A stretch of DNA of 64,000 nucleotides from Pseudobdellovibrionaceae bacterium (GCA_030591685.1 JAUVAX010000001.1:28873-92872), one strand, 5' to 3'. Counted from the first letter of the stretch, positions 36,980 through 47,533 are shown. Notes: generated from the letters alone by a model not told the origin. Numbers and translations: made by a program.

Positions 36980-38938
36980 ATGGCCAACATAATAATTATC
37001 GAACCGGACAATAAAACAGCTTACGACCAGCTTAAGCTTATCGAAGAGCTTCATGGCACCCATAATGCAGACCATGTTTCTTCCCTTGAAGTCTTTGAAG
37101 CTGACTACCTAAATATTGATGACGACGACGCTCAGGCCACCAGCATTGATCTTATTATATTTAAACTTGAAGTCATTGGTGAAAAATCTGTCCCTGAATT
37201 TATTACTGACATTACTAACAGGTGCCTTGAAAAAAAATATATTCAATCAAATAAACAACTTAAATTTATTATCCTAAAGTATGAAAATGATGGGATAGAC
37301 CAAAACTCACTTATTCACCCCAACGTTTATGATATCATTTACACCCCCATGGACCGGCTCCTTTACTTACAAAAACTTGAAATAATCTTGAAGCTTCCTA
37401 AAAAACCAGCTCCCAGTTATTTGTTCTCAACGCCAATAATTGAAAACATTGAAATTTCAAAACGTACACTTATTCAAAGAGTTTCTTCATCAGGGTTCTC
37501 AATGATCAACCCCGTTAAAATCAATATCGGCACTCTCAGCCGTATTTATATTCGCATATCCAAAACTGAAACCCTGGGTCTTTATGCAAGGGCCGTTAAT
37601 GCCGAGGCCAATACTCAAGGAAAAGGATTTTTAATTGATTTTATTTACTACGGGCTCAGTCGGTCTCAAAACGCAGCCATTAATTTTTTTCTTAGAAGCC
37701 ACAAACACTTTTTAGATCTCGAGGTCCTTGACAATAATCAGTTTCTTTCAAAAAACGCTTCCGCTAACGATACTGATTATACTCCAAAGCATGTCCTTAT
37801 CCTAGACGACGAAGAGGCGCGTGGCCGATCTTTATCAGGTGACATTGAAAATTCTATGAGTTACGTCATGGCCGATTACGAGGACAACCTACCCTCTTTT
37901 ACTTCAAAGTACTTGCAGGACTCTGTTAAAAAACCTTCTCAAATGTCCTCGCCAGAGGACCTCCCAACAAGGTCAGTAGTCTTTGAAATTAGTCTAATGG
38001 ATCAAAAATTAATTCAACTACAAACAGACTTTAAAGACTCTGATCACATGCTACATTATGACCCTAAAGTTTTTTTCACTGAACCCACTCAGTGGAAAAA
38101 TATTTTCAATAGTGAAGAGGGTAAAAAGGCTCTCCAAGGTGCACTCGCTGAAATAGCTCCTAATAGTAAAATTAAAAAAATTGTGGCCTTAGAGAATAAG
38201 CATTATGAAGAGCGAATTGTCCTATTAGAGTTTATGCAAATCTCTAACGAAACAGCTCGAATTACCATCAAGCCAATGATGAAGGACATTCAAGATTTTA
38301 GCAAAAATAAATCAAAAAAAGATATTCTTAAAAAAATTGATCTGATAATAGTAAATAAGAAATTTATACCTGAAGAGCCTGGCGTTTGGATGGAAAACTT
38401 GAGGGAAAAATTTATTAAAAATGGTATGATCAGGGAAAGCTCAGACCTTAAATTTATAATAGTCACTCATGACAAGGATATCCCCTCTTCTGGGTATGTT
38501 GAAAAATTTATTAAACATCCCTACTTAATCAATTACTTTCAGGGAACCCCTCCGAAAACTCTCTTAATGATTTCCATTGGTTTAGCTTTAAAAAATCCAT
38601 ACACTAAATATTGTGTCAATAATATTGCATGGGCCGAAAAAAAGACTACCTGTTACATTGCAAAAAAAGGAACCCTTAACTCACTTTCTGAATTTGGAGC
38701 CAGCATAACCAGCAGCTACCCTGTTCAGCCGGGAGTCGTTTTGTTTATGCATGGTTATATTTTTGAACATTCACCCAATGGCACTCTACCTGTACGCTTT
38801 TATTTTAACGAAGAAGATAAAGATGGGGACAAAGTTTCTTATATCTCATACTTTATTTATTTTGGCATAACAGATCATTTTTTACGCTTTGCTAGAAAGT
38901 GGATTAAAAATAATTATGCTTCAAAAAAAGACAAATAA
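36980..38938 (+). CDS. Internally duplicated protein: 2 x (pseudo-receiver + PilZ-like barrel), function unknown
   Basis: Two halves align: IDLIIFKLEV..LKFIILKYEND..HPNVYDIIYTP with IDLIIVNKKF..LKFIIVTHDKD..HPYLINYFQGTP, and RVSSSGFSMI with SLSEFGASIT (xxSxxG). Confidence 0.5.
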   Translation: MANIIIIEPDNKTAYDQLKLIEELHGTHNADHVSSLEVFEADYLNIDDDDAQATSIDLIIFKLEVIGEKSVPEFITDITNRCLEKKYIQSNKQLKFIILKYENDGIDQNSLIHPNVYDIIYTPMDRLLYLQKLEIILKLPKKPAPSYLFSTPIIENIEISKRTLIQRVSSSGFSMINPVKINIGTLSRIYIRISKTETLGLYARAVNAEANTQGKGFLIDFIYYGLSRSQNAAINFFLRSHKHFLDLEVLDNNQFLSKNASANDTDYTPKHVLILDDEEARGRSLSGDIENSMSYVMADYEDNLPSFTSKYLQDSVKKPSQMSSPEDLPTRSVVFEISLMDQKLIQLQTDFKDSDHMLHYDPKVFFTEPTQWKNIFNSEEGKKALQGALAEIAPNSKIKKIVALENKHYEERIVLLEFMQISNETARITIKPMMKDIQDFSKNKSKKDILKKIDLIIVNKKFIPEEPGVWMENLREKFIKNGMIRESSDLKFIIVTHDKDIPSSGYVEKFIKHPYLINYFQGTPPKTLLMISIGLALKNPYTKYCVNNIAWAEKKTTCYIAKKGTLNSLSEFGASITSSYPVQPGVVLFMHGYIFEHSPNGTLPVRFYFNEEDKDGDKVSYISYFIYFGITDHFLRFARKWIKNNYASKKDK

Positions 38939-38973
38939 GCCTATAAGAAATGTTTCATTGTTAATATTAAAAA

Positions 38974-40308
38974 CTATCTCGAGGCAAAAATACTCATACA
39001 GGCTCGTGGCACATAAGTTTGGTGATTATAACCTAAAATACTTGTTGTTACTTTTTCTGAAAAACTAATGGCGGCTTTTTCAATGGCGGCCCTTCTTCGG
39101 TACATATAAATACCCAAACCTGGAGCACCAAAAGCAGCCATATTCCTTAGAGTCTCTGTAGGGTCACTACTCATCGCTGTTGAAGCAAAATAAATTGAAA
39201 AATAAGCCAATCCAAAACCATAGATACGCGCCTGCATTGAAGTCGTTTTCAATTGCTTTTGCAGGCCTTGAAATAATTCACCTTGATTCACGTACATTTT
39301 TGGGTTCATTTTTTCATAAACCTCTACGGCCTTAGCTTCTTTATCTTTAAAAATATCTGAGAGGACCATCTCCCAAACCCCCTGTTGAAGAAAAGCCAAA
39401 AGTGAAATGGTTGCAATATCTACAGTGCTCTTTAATACTCCCGAGGAGTACATCTCAGGATAAAGTGAATTGGCAAAGGTGTGCTTTGTAACCTCCATAA
39501 CTCCCAACACACTAAACTGAATAAAACACCACTTTGCCATGATCTCTTGCAGAGAGGCCTTTAGGTGCTTACCATTCCTATCACGGCCCACTTTTGATTT
39601 ATCAAAAGAGTTCCACCCCTTGTACTTTATCCAATCATTGAAATTATCAATATAGTAGGTCAAGGCCCCTCCCACAGAAGAAGCAATGATCCCCCCAAAG
39701 ACAGCCGGAACAAGCGGCATTGTTTGTGAAAATATATATGTTGTTATACCTAAGTAACCCGTAATCCTTAGGGCTGTTAAAACTCCCTGATTGTACTTAA
39801 GAGCTAATTCGTGAGTTTTTGAGAAGCCCTTACTTTTAAGGGCATTTTGAGTTTTTTTATCAATGGTGATTTGTTGCACCCCACTGACTCCCTCAGTGTT
39901 CCAACGGGTTATAAACTCATTCACATCATAATTTTTTATAGAATCTTTATCTAAGGCGTACAAAACCTCAATATCTGTATTTGTAGAGCCTGGAGGTGGT
40001 ACTGCAAGCAAGCGAATGGCCTTTTCATGCTCGCTTTTATTATGAGACCTAATCACATCAACCGTGACGACCCTTCCGCTCTCATCACGAAAAGACCACG
40101 TTATACTTTTAAATTTATTGGAGACGTCTAAATCTAATAACTGGTCCCGAAGGTCTAAAACTTTTTCACCCAATTCAGAGTCAGGTGACTTAGGATCAGC
40201 CCAAACACTTGGCGAGTAAAAAGCAGACGCAAACAGGCCTACTAAAACTGCTAATATTCTTTTTTGAGTTAATAGGTACAAACTTAAACCTCGATATTTA
40301 AGGACCAA
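38974..40308 (-). CDS. Polytopic membrane protein with N-terminal periplasmic domain, function unknown
   Basis: Signal/anchor then a ~170-aa soluble region. Several hydrophobic helices in the C-terminal 270 aa. Confidence 0.5.
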   Translation of the reverse strand: MVLKYRGLSLYLLTQKRILAVLVGLFASAFYSPSVWADPKSPDSELGEKVLDLRDQLLDLDVSNKFKSITWSFRDESGRVVTVDVIRSHNKSEHEKAIRLLAVPPPGSTNTDIEVLYALDKDSIKNYDVNEFITRWNTEGVSGVQQITIDKKTQNALKSKGFSKTHELALKYNQGVLTALRITGYLGITTYIFSQTMPLVPAVFGGIIASSVGGALTYYIDNFNDWIKYKGWNSFDKSKVGRDRNGKHLKASLQEIMAKWCFIQFSVLGVMEVTKHTFANSLYPEMYSSGVLKSTVDIATISLLAFLQQGVWEMVLSDIFKDKEAKAVEVYEKMNPKMYVNQGELFQGLQKQLKTTSMQARIYGFGLAYFSIYFASTAMSSDPTETLRNMAAFGAPGLGIYMYRRRAAIEKAAISFSEKVTTSILGYNHQTYVPRACMSIFASR

Positions 40309-40519
40309 TTATAGCTTAAACACCCCCCTGTGTGATAGAGAAAATATTACCTAACCTGTCTAATTTATTGACATTTATGGGGCTGATTGAATGATTATTA
40401 GTTTTTCTTATACCTAATATATTTTAATCTGCGAGAAGAGAGAAATAGTTGCACAAAAATGGCCCTGTTTTCGTTAAAAAAACTCAAAACACCTGGCTTA
40501 AAACTCGTGGTGTTCTCCA

Positions 40520-41740
40520 CTAAGCCGCTACTTTATGCCCGCAATTACTACAGAATTTTTGATGACCCTCAATGCTGCTCTCACATTCAGGGCAATTAGA
40601 TTCTGTGTCCGCATTAGGCTCTTCAACAGCATCCTCCGTTATTTTTACGTAACCTAGCTCATTGAGGCCATTTATTTCTTTAATATAGCTCCAAAAGCGC
40701 GTGGTCTTTTCAAATTCAATCCTATCAAAAGATACACTAATCTCCCCACTCTTATTTTGCTTTCGTGCAAATAAGCCCTTACTTTCTAACAAATTAAGGT
40801 GATCCATATTAAAATCAAATTTAAATTTTTTCTTCACTTCATTGACAACGTCTGAGTGTTTAAGAGTTGTTAACCCTCTAAAATCAGCTTCAGATTCATC
40901 ACTACAAGAGACAAACGCTGTTGCTATCTCTAAAGCTCTATTGTCTACCTTTAATAATGTTGCTCTTGCTCCTCTAAATAAGTGGTACTGATAAAAATCA
41001 GCAAAAGCCTCTAATGTACCCAGTTGATGTATAATAATTTCCTTAAGCTCCTGTTGATTTTCATCATTCATAACATAAATCATTTCTGCAAGTTTCATTT
41101 TTGTTAAAATCTTCAAAGCAAATTCAATACGCTTAGGCGATGCCATGAAAAAACGAGTTGTGTATAGCTTCATAGCACTCCATGAAACCTTAATAGACTC
41201 TTCGCCTTCATAGGGGGATACTTTTTGATCTTGTTTTTTTGAGGACTCAAAGGGGGTTTCCATCTTCCCCTCCTCTTTTTTTAACTCAAATAAATTAAGC
41301 CCCAAATGCTTTGCTGTTAAGCTAATCGAGCCAAATACTCTTGGAATAAAAGTTTCAGGGATTGGGGAGGTGTCTTCTTCTAATTTTTTTGACCTAAAAG
41401 CAGCCTTCATTGTTTTAAGGTCTTCGGTTTGACTTTTAATGAGTACTTTTATTCCTGGGGGGGCTTTCTCTAACTGTGAGCGCAAAACCTCTATAGGTAT
41501 CTTAATAAACGAAACGGCGTTGATGGCCTCAGCGCTTACTGTAAACTTTGTATCTACCAAAAGAGCTTCAATACCAAGTATATGAGGGCTATGAATTTTC
41601 TGAATTTCAATTTTCTTACCGTTTCGCTCAACAAATAAACTCACATGACCTGACTTAAGCATGTAAGCGCTCTCTATAGCATCTCCCTCTCCAAAAATGA
41701 GATCAGCCCTTTTTACTTTTGTTTCACCGTTATCAGCCAT
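40520..41740 (-). CDS. Cyclic-nucleotide-binding-domain protein with C-terminal zinc ribbon
   Basis: N-terminal cNMP-like beta-roll (IFGEGDAIESAYMLKSGHVSLFVERNGKK...ILGIEALL). C-terminus CPECESSIEGHQKFCSNCGHK (CxxC-N11-CxxC). Confidence 0.65.
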   Translation of the reverse strand: MADNGETKVKRADLIFGEGDAIESAYMLKSGHVSLFVERNGKKIEIQKIHSPHILGIEALLVDTKFTVSAEAINAVSFIKIPIEVLRSQLEKAPPGIKVLIKSQTEDLKTMKAAFRSKKLEEDTSPIPETFIPRVFGSISLTAKHLGLNLFELKKEEGKMETPFESSKKQDQKVSPYEGEESIKVSWSAMKLYTTRFFMASPKRIEFALKILTKMKLAEMIYVMNDENQQELKEIIIHQLGTLEAFADFYQYHLFRGARATLLKVDNRALEIATAFVSCSDESEADFRGLTTLKHSDVVNEVKKKFKFDFNMDHLNLLESKGLFARKQNKSGEISVSFDRIEFEKTTRFWSYIKEINGLNELGYVKITEDAVEEPNADTESNCPECESSIEGHQKFCSNCGHKVAA

Positions 41741-41903
41741 AGAGCCCCCATTTGCACCTATTTGTACCTATAATATTCGGTATTTCACACTGTGTTCTAA
41801 ATACCAATCCACTATAAATCCGCAGCAAACTATGGTATTGTGAAACAGAATGCGACAAGCAACGCGCCGCAACATTTACTTATAAGTTTTTCAGAGGATC
41901 AAT

Positions 41904-43457
41904 ATGTCTTTAGTCATTGGGTTTTTAGTCGGTATTTTAATGTTTTTAATTTATATTTGGGCCTCCAAGAGACAAATGATCAAGGCCTCTAAGCTCTATG
42001 CCGGCGACTTGATAACTGAGGCCAAAGAGCGGGCCCAAGAACTCTCAGAGGACTCAAAAAGGTCATCCCTAGAGTATGAGGACGAACTTAAAGAAAAATT
42101 TGATACAGAGATTAACCCCACTTTTGAAGGTATCGAAACCCTAAAGCTTAAAGTTTTAGAACAGCAGGATATTAACGAAGAAAAGGCCCGGCACATTCAA
42201 TCCGTCGTTTCAAAAAAACGGCATCAACTAAAAGTGATTGTTGAGAAAAATAACACCAAATACTCGGGGCTTCAGAAAACCCTAGAGAGCTCTTCTGAGA
42301 TTAAAAATAAATATATTGAAAACCTTTGTCAAAAGCTAGCGACGACCCTTAGTCAATATAAACCAATGCTCCACACTGAGCTTATAGAGACTGAAAAAGC
42401 ACGAATGTCTAAACACATTCAATCCGTAGAGGAAGAAACGCACACTCACCTTGAAAAGACAGCCAAACGTATTTTAGGTTCAGCTTTACATAGATTTCAA
42501 AGACCTTATTGCCCCGAAAGAGGGATTCACAATATTAACTTTCCAAGTGATGTGAGCATGACAAGAACTCTTGGGGCCAACGATGAGTATATCCCCCTAG
42601 TAGAGTCTTTGATAGGTGTTGATCTTACACCGGTGAGAGAGAAATTATTTTTAAACGTTTCAGCCTTTGACCCCGTCCGAAGAGAACTCACTCGAAAAGT
42701 TTTTGAAAAGATGGTCCGCGACAAGCGCTTAGACAAGGCAAAAGTAGAGAGAATTGTTCAACAGGCTAAAAAATCTTTATTTAAAAAAGTTCGTTCCGAC
42801 GGAAACGCCTTGGCTAAAGAACTTCATTTGAGAGACTTACATCCCGAGATAAAAAATCTTATGGGAAGTTTAAGGTATCGTTATTCATTTTCGCAAAATC
42901 AATATTACCATTGCGGCGAAGTCGGTTGGCTTTGCGGGCTGCTTTCTTCTGAAATGGGTTTAAATATCTATACAGGACGCAGAGCTGGCATGCTCCATGA
43001 CCTGGGGAAATCAATGGATCACAGTATTGATGGCGGCCATGCTGTTATTGGTGCTGACTTTATTGATAAGCATGGTGAGGAGCCTCACATTGTGCATGCC
43101 GTACGCGCCCATCATTATGACGAGACCCCTAACTCTGACCTTGCCTTTTTAGTGATTGCCTCAGATGCTATGTCTGGCGCACGACCAGGGGCTCGAAGAT
43201 CTACTGCTGAAAATTATTTTCATAAAATGAATGAGCTCGAACGCATTGGTAATAGCTTTAAAGGAGTACATCAAACCTTTATCCTCAGTGCTGGACGCGA
43301 AATTCGAGTTATGGTGGATGCTCGAAGGTTTGACGACTACAAAGCACTCGATTTAAGTAAACAACTTGCCGAAAAAATCGAGGAAGAACTCACCTACCCA
43401 GGGCAAATACGGGTCACTGTGGTAAGAGAAACACAAGCCATACAGTACGCAAAATAA
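41904..43457 (+). CDS. rny: Ribonuclease Y
   Basis: N-terminal TM, coiled-coil, KH region, and an HD domain (GRRAGMLHDLGKSMDH, VRAHH, SGARPGARR, and a C-terminal IRVTVVRET). Confidence 0.9.
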   Translation: MSLVIGFLVGILMFLIYIWASKRQMIKASKLYAGDLITEAKERAQELSEDSKRSSLEYEDELKEKFDTEINPTFEGIETLKLKVLEQQDINEEKARHIQSVVSKKRHQLKVIVEKNNTKYSGLQKTLESSSEIKNKYIENLCQKLATTLSQYKPMLHTELIETEKARMSKHIQSVEEETHTHLEKTAKRILGSALHRFQRPYCPERGIHNINFPSDVSMTRTLGANDEYIPLVESLIGVDLTPVREKLFLNVSAFDPVRRELTRKVFEKMVRDKRLDKAKVERIVQQAKKSLFKKVRSDGNALAKELHLRDLHPEIKNLMGSLRYRYSFSQNQYYHCGEVGWLCGLLSSEMGLNIYTGRRAGMLHDLGKSMDHSIDGGHAVIGADFIDKHGEEPHIVHAVRAHHYDETPNSDLAFLVIASDAMSGARPGARRSTAENYFHKMNELERIGNSFKGVHQTFILSAGREIRVMVDARRFDDYKALDLSKQLAEKIEEELTYPGQIRVTVVRETQAIQYAK

Positions 43458-43505
43458 CATATTGTTTGACCACTTAAACGCTCATTAGCACAAATCACTG
43501 AGCCT

Positions 43506-45026
43506 TTAAGCCTGTTCATTTTTTAATTCATTAAAGCATTTAAGTACAAGTGACTCTTTATCATTAATAATTTTCATTTGTTCAAACACACACTCTACGA
43601 CTTGTTTATATGTAATATTCAATACGTTATTCTGTTCTAAAAGCCAAATTATTGAGCGCGCACTGCGATCAATAAGCTTACCATTTGAAGGCCTCACCCA
43701 AGTCATAATGTTACTATCAAAACGCTCCATTAAGCCCATCACCAATGTTGAGTGGGTGTTTAAAAGCATTTTTAATGTCACATGTCTAAATAAGCTGTGC
43801 ATATCAGGCCAGCGAAAACTGAATTTATTTTCTCTTAATTCAAAAGTACACATTATTTTTTTGTCATCAATAATGAAACGTTCTATCTTTGCCTGTGGTT
43901 TTCTCCATGTGGCAACATCTTGACTGAAGTTATAACCTTCTAAGTAATGCTTTGTTGTGCGAATATCAATTTCAGGCCAGTTAAGGCAATGAGGCTCTCT
44001 GAGAAGCAAATGCTCCCATGACTCTTCTGCCGACTGAGTTGTTGGTATGGACACATAACAAAGCGACCTTAAACTCACCTCCGTTCGGCTTTCAAAAGCG
44101 GGTAAACTAAAAGTTGGAGACCTCTCGGTGGTGTCGGTAAAAACTACTATAGAGCTCCCCTCGCTTGTTTCGTAAATGACTTGAGACTTTTCTTTATATA
44201 TCAAGGCCTCTCTCTCTATAAAGGGCTGTAGAGCCTTTCTATCAAAGTGGACCCAGAAATTATAAAATATTTTAAATTGCTCAGTACGCTCTTGATCATT
44301 TTTAAAAAACAGGGCCATGCCAACAGCCAGCATTTGCACCGTGCTCGCCTGCATTCTTGTACTACCAGCTAGCGCCATAGGGCCCACATAAAGATTAAGT
44401 TTTATTATATCAGGGTTTTGAATTATTTTTTTTGATCTCTCTACGTTTGCAATAAGTGTTTTATCCTTATTACAGTATAAAAAATATGGTTTTATTTTTG
44501 AGATCTGAGTGGCCCTCTCCACCGCACCGATAACAAAAGGGGTCTCCCCGCCCTCTGTGACTGCGATTAACAGATCGCTTTCACCAAAACCTAACTCCTC
44601 TAAATGTCTCGCCCCATATTCGGAGTAATCCTCAAACCCCTCAAGAGAGTGTACAAGAGCTATATCACCACCGGCCATAAAAGCTCTTACAGCCTGACTC
44701 TTAGGGTTTAATTGCTTATATAAAACTTCAATATTTAAACTTAATCGCCCCGTGGCGCCGCAACCACATAGAAATACTCGACCTCCGCCATCAATAGTAG
44801 AGTGAATTTTGTCAGAGAGTTTATGTATTTGCTCTGAGTTTTTAAAGAAAATCTCTAATGCTTTTGTGTCTACTTCATGGAGTAATTCAAGGGCATGAGG
44901 TAGGTTAGTTTTACAGAGGCCTGAAAGCCCCTGTGTTTTTGGGTGAGGGGCCTCAGTCGCCAAGGGCCCCAATTTATAAAGATCGGCCTCTAATAAGTAA
45001 TCTTTAGCTGAGTGGAAATGCGTCAT
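43506..45026 (-). CDS. SIS-domain protein of the MurQ/GCKR family (MurNAc-6-P etherase-like) with ~200-aa C-terminal extension
   Basis: GGRVFLCGCGATGRLS, LIAVTEGGETPFVIGA and AGSTRMQASTVQML match MurQ/GCKR SIS blocks. At 506 aa it is much longer than the ~300 aa of MurQ. Confidence 0.65.
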   Translation of the reverse strand: MTHFHSAKDYLLEADLYKLGPLATEAPHPKTQGLSGLCKTNLPHALELLHEVDTKALEIFFKNSEQIHKLSDKIHSTIDGGGRVFLCGCGATGRLSLNIEVLYKQLNPKSQAVRAFMAGGDIALVHSLEGFEDYSEYGARHLEELGFGESDLLIAVTEGGETPFVIGAVERATQISKIKPYFLYCNKDKTLIANVERSKKIIQNPDIIKLNLYVGPMALAGSTRMQASTVQMLAVGMALFFKNDQERTEQFKIFYNFWVHFDRKALQPFIEREALIYKEKSQVIYETSEGSSIVVFTDTTERSPTFSLPAFESRTEVSLRSLCYVSIPTTQSAEESWEHLLLREPHCLNWPEIDIRTTKHYLEGYNFSQDVATWRKPQAKIERFIIDDKKIMCTFELRENKFSFRWPDMHSLFRHVTLKMLLNTHSTLVMGLMERFDSNIMTWVRPSNGKLIDRSARSIIWLLEQNNVLNITYKQVVECVFEQMKIINDKESLVLKCFNELKNEQA

Positions 45027-45303
45027 AGTTATTGATTATAGCCTATTTACTTACAAACCTTTACATGTCTTTAGTCACAGCTCGACCTTTATATTCCCTC
45101 TTTATATAAGAGCTTACTCTTACAGCTAATACTTAATAACAAAAAAATAAAAATAAAACGAATATATTTTTTGTTCTTTTTTAACCCCATTTTATTTAAA
45201 TAACGTTTAGCTAGGTGTATTATTAAACTCTCTTAAGTTGAACCCTGCATAAACTCATGCCATCATTTCAACTTCACCGTTTTAAACACTAGGAGCAACA
45301 CCC

Positions 45304-46581
45304 ATGTCTGAACTCAAAAGAGTTTGTATTATCGGCAGCCAAAGAATTCCCTTTAGTAGATCTTTTAGTAAGTATATGGGGCTCTCAAATAGAGAGCTCG
45401 CCGTACAGAGTTTAAATTCACTCATCGCAAAATATAGCCTGCAAGGCGAATGCCTGGGAGAAGTGGTGCTCGGCGCCGTAATGAAGCACTCCTCGGAGTG
45501 GAACTCAGCTCGTGAGTCAGTACTTAGCACACAGCTCTCGCCTATGACTCCTGCCTATGACTTGCAACAGGCCTGCGGCACAAGCCTTGAGGCCGCAATA
45601 CTAATTGCCAACAAAATTGCTGTGGGCCAAATTGATAGTGGCATTGCCGCCGGTGTAGATACGAACTCAGACTTACCTATTGTTTTTAGCAAAAAGTTTT
45701 CACAGCGGCTCCTCAAAAGCTCACGTGGGAAATCGGCTCTGCAAAAACTAAAACCCTTTATGGGCTTAGGGGTTAAGGAGCTCTTACCGATTGTCCCCGG
45801 CGTTATTGAGCCCCGAACAGGCTTAAGTATGGGTCAAAGCTGTGAACTCATGGCAAAAAAATGGGGCATTACTAGACAAGAACAGGACCAACTCGCTGTA
45901 ACAAGCCATCATAATGCCGCCGCTGCTTACAAAGAGGGTTTTTTTGATGATCTCATTACTCCCATGAATGGTCTCACTGAAGACAATAACTTAAGAGCCG
46001 AAACATCCGTTGAGAAAATGGCAAAGCTACGACCGGCATTTGATAGAAAAAGCGGTAACGGCACACTCACTGCGGGGAACTCCACCCCGTTAACTGACGG
46101 CTCATCGAGTGTACTTTTAGCCTCAGAGGAGTGGGCCCAAAAAAGAAACCTACCTGTGTTGGCCTATTTAACAATTGGCCAAGCCGCGGCCGTTGACTTT
46201 GTGGGGGGAGAGGGGCTGCTCATGGCGCCAGCTTTTGCCGTGAACCAACTCCTTAAAAAAACAAAGCTCACTTTACAGGACTTTGATTTTTATGAAATTC
46301 ATGAGGCCTTTGCAGCACAAGTTTTATGCACCTTAAAGGCATGGGAGGACGAGTCTTTTTGCAAACAGCAGCTAGGGCTAGACTCTCCCCTCGGCGCTAT
46401 TGATCGAAGCAAAATGAATATTAAAGGCGGTAGCCTCGCTATGGGTCACCCTTTTGCCGCCACAGGTGCCAGAATAATAGGTGGCCTTGCTAAAATGTTA
46501 GATCAAAAAGGCCATGGACGTGGGCTTATTTCTATTTGCACTGCTGGTGGCATGGGTGTCACCGCTATATTAGAAAAATAA
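45304..46581 (+). CDS. Acetyl-CoA C-acyltransferase (thiolase, FadI/FadA-like)
   Basis: VCIIGSQRIPF, active-site context QQACGTSLEA, NIKGGSLAMGHPFAATGAR, ICTAGGMG. Confidence 0.9.
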   Translation: MSELKRVCIIGSQRIPFSRSFSKYMGLSNRELAVQSLNSLIAKYSLQGECLGEVVLGAVMKHSSEWNSARESVLSTQLSPMTPAYDLQQACGTSLEAAILIANKIAVGQIDSGIAAGVDTNSDLPIVFSKKFSQRLLKSSRGKSALQKLKPFMGLGVKELLPIVPGVIEPRTGLSMGQSCELMAKKWGITRQEQDQLAVTSHHNAAAAYKEGFFDDLITPMNGLTEDNNLRAETSVEKMAKLRPAFDRKSGNGTLTAGNSTPLTDGSSSVLLASEEWAQKRNLPVLAYLTIGQAAAVDFVGGEGLLMAPAFAVNQLLKKTKLTLQDFDFYEIHEAFAAQVLCTLKAWEDESFCKQQLGLDSPLGAIDRSKMNIKGGSLAMGHPFAATGARIIGGLAKMLDQKGHGRGLISICTAGGMGVTAILEK

Positions 46582-46600
46582 TCTTAAAAAAAGAGCCTTA

Positions 46601-47533
46601 ATGTATCCAAAAATTACCCCCTATAAAACGGGCCACCTAAAAGTGTCTGAACTTCATACTCTATACTTTGAGGAGTGTGGATCACCTAGTGGAGTGCCCG
46701 TTGTCCTTCTCCATGGAGGTCCTGGCGGCGGATGCATTGACGATTATCGACGTTTTTTTAACCCTAATAAATATAGAATTATTTTATTCGATCAACGAGG
46801 CTGCGGGCGAAGCACCCCCCATGCAGAGCTCACTGACAACACAACATGGCACTTAGTCAACGATATTGAATCCCTAAGAGAGCACCTAGGGATTAACTCT
46901 TGGCATGTCTTTGGGGGGAGCTGGGGCAGCACCCTGTCCCTATGCTACGCCATTAAGAACCCGAAAAGGGTCAGCAGCCTTAATTTACGAGGTTTATTTT
47001 TATGTCGAAAAAAAGAAATTAAATGGTTTTATCAAGAAGGGGCCAGCAAACTCTACCCCGAGGCCTGGGAGAAGTACCTAGCCCCTATCCCCATAGATGA
47101 AAGAAATGACCTGGTCGGAGCTTTTTACAAAAGACTCACAAGTAACGACCCTAAAGTTCGCATTACTGCCGCCAAAGCCTGGAGTGTTTGGGAAGGGTCC
47201 ACATCTACTTTGTTACCGAGCAAAAGCACTGCTAAAAATTTTTCTGCCGATGAGTTTGCTTTAGCCTTTGCTCGCATTGAATGTCATTATTTTATTAATA
47301 ATATTTTTGTAGATAATGATGACTTCTTTTTTGAGAACCTAAATATAATTAAACATATCCCCTGTGACCTCGTTCACGGCCGATACGATGTCGTTTGCCC
47401 AGTCGAAAATGCTTGGGAGCTAAAGAAGGCTTGGCCGAACATGAACCTTCATATTATTTCAGACGCGGGACACTCAGCATTTGAACCAAATATACAAAAA
47501 AAATTAATAGAAATTATGGACTCGCGAATCTAA
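46601..47533 (+). CDS. pip: Prolyl aminopeptidase (proline iminopeptidase)
   Basis: HGGPGGG, FDQRGCGRS, nucleophile elbow GGSWGSTL, and C-terminal SDAGHS. Confidence 0.9.
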   Translation: MYPKITPYKTGHLKVSELHTLYFEECGSPSGVPVVLLHGGPGGGCIDDYRRFFNPNKYRIILFDQRGCGRSTPHAELTDNTTWHLVNDIESLREHLGINSWHVFGGSWGSTLSLCYAIKNPKRVSSLNLRGLFLCRKKEIKWFYQEGASKLYPEAWEKYLAPIPIDERNDLVGAFYKRLTSNDPKVRITAAKAWSVWEGSTSTLLPSKSTAKNFSADEFALAFARIECHYFINNIFVDNDDFFFENLNIIKHIPCDLVHGRYDVVCPVENAWELKKAWPNMNLHIISDAGHSAFEPNIQKKLIEIMDSRI

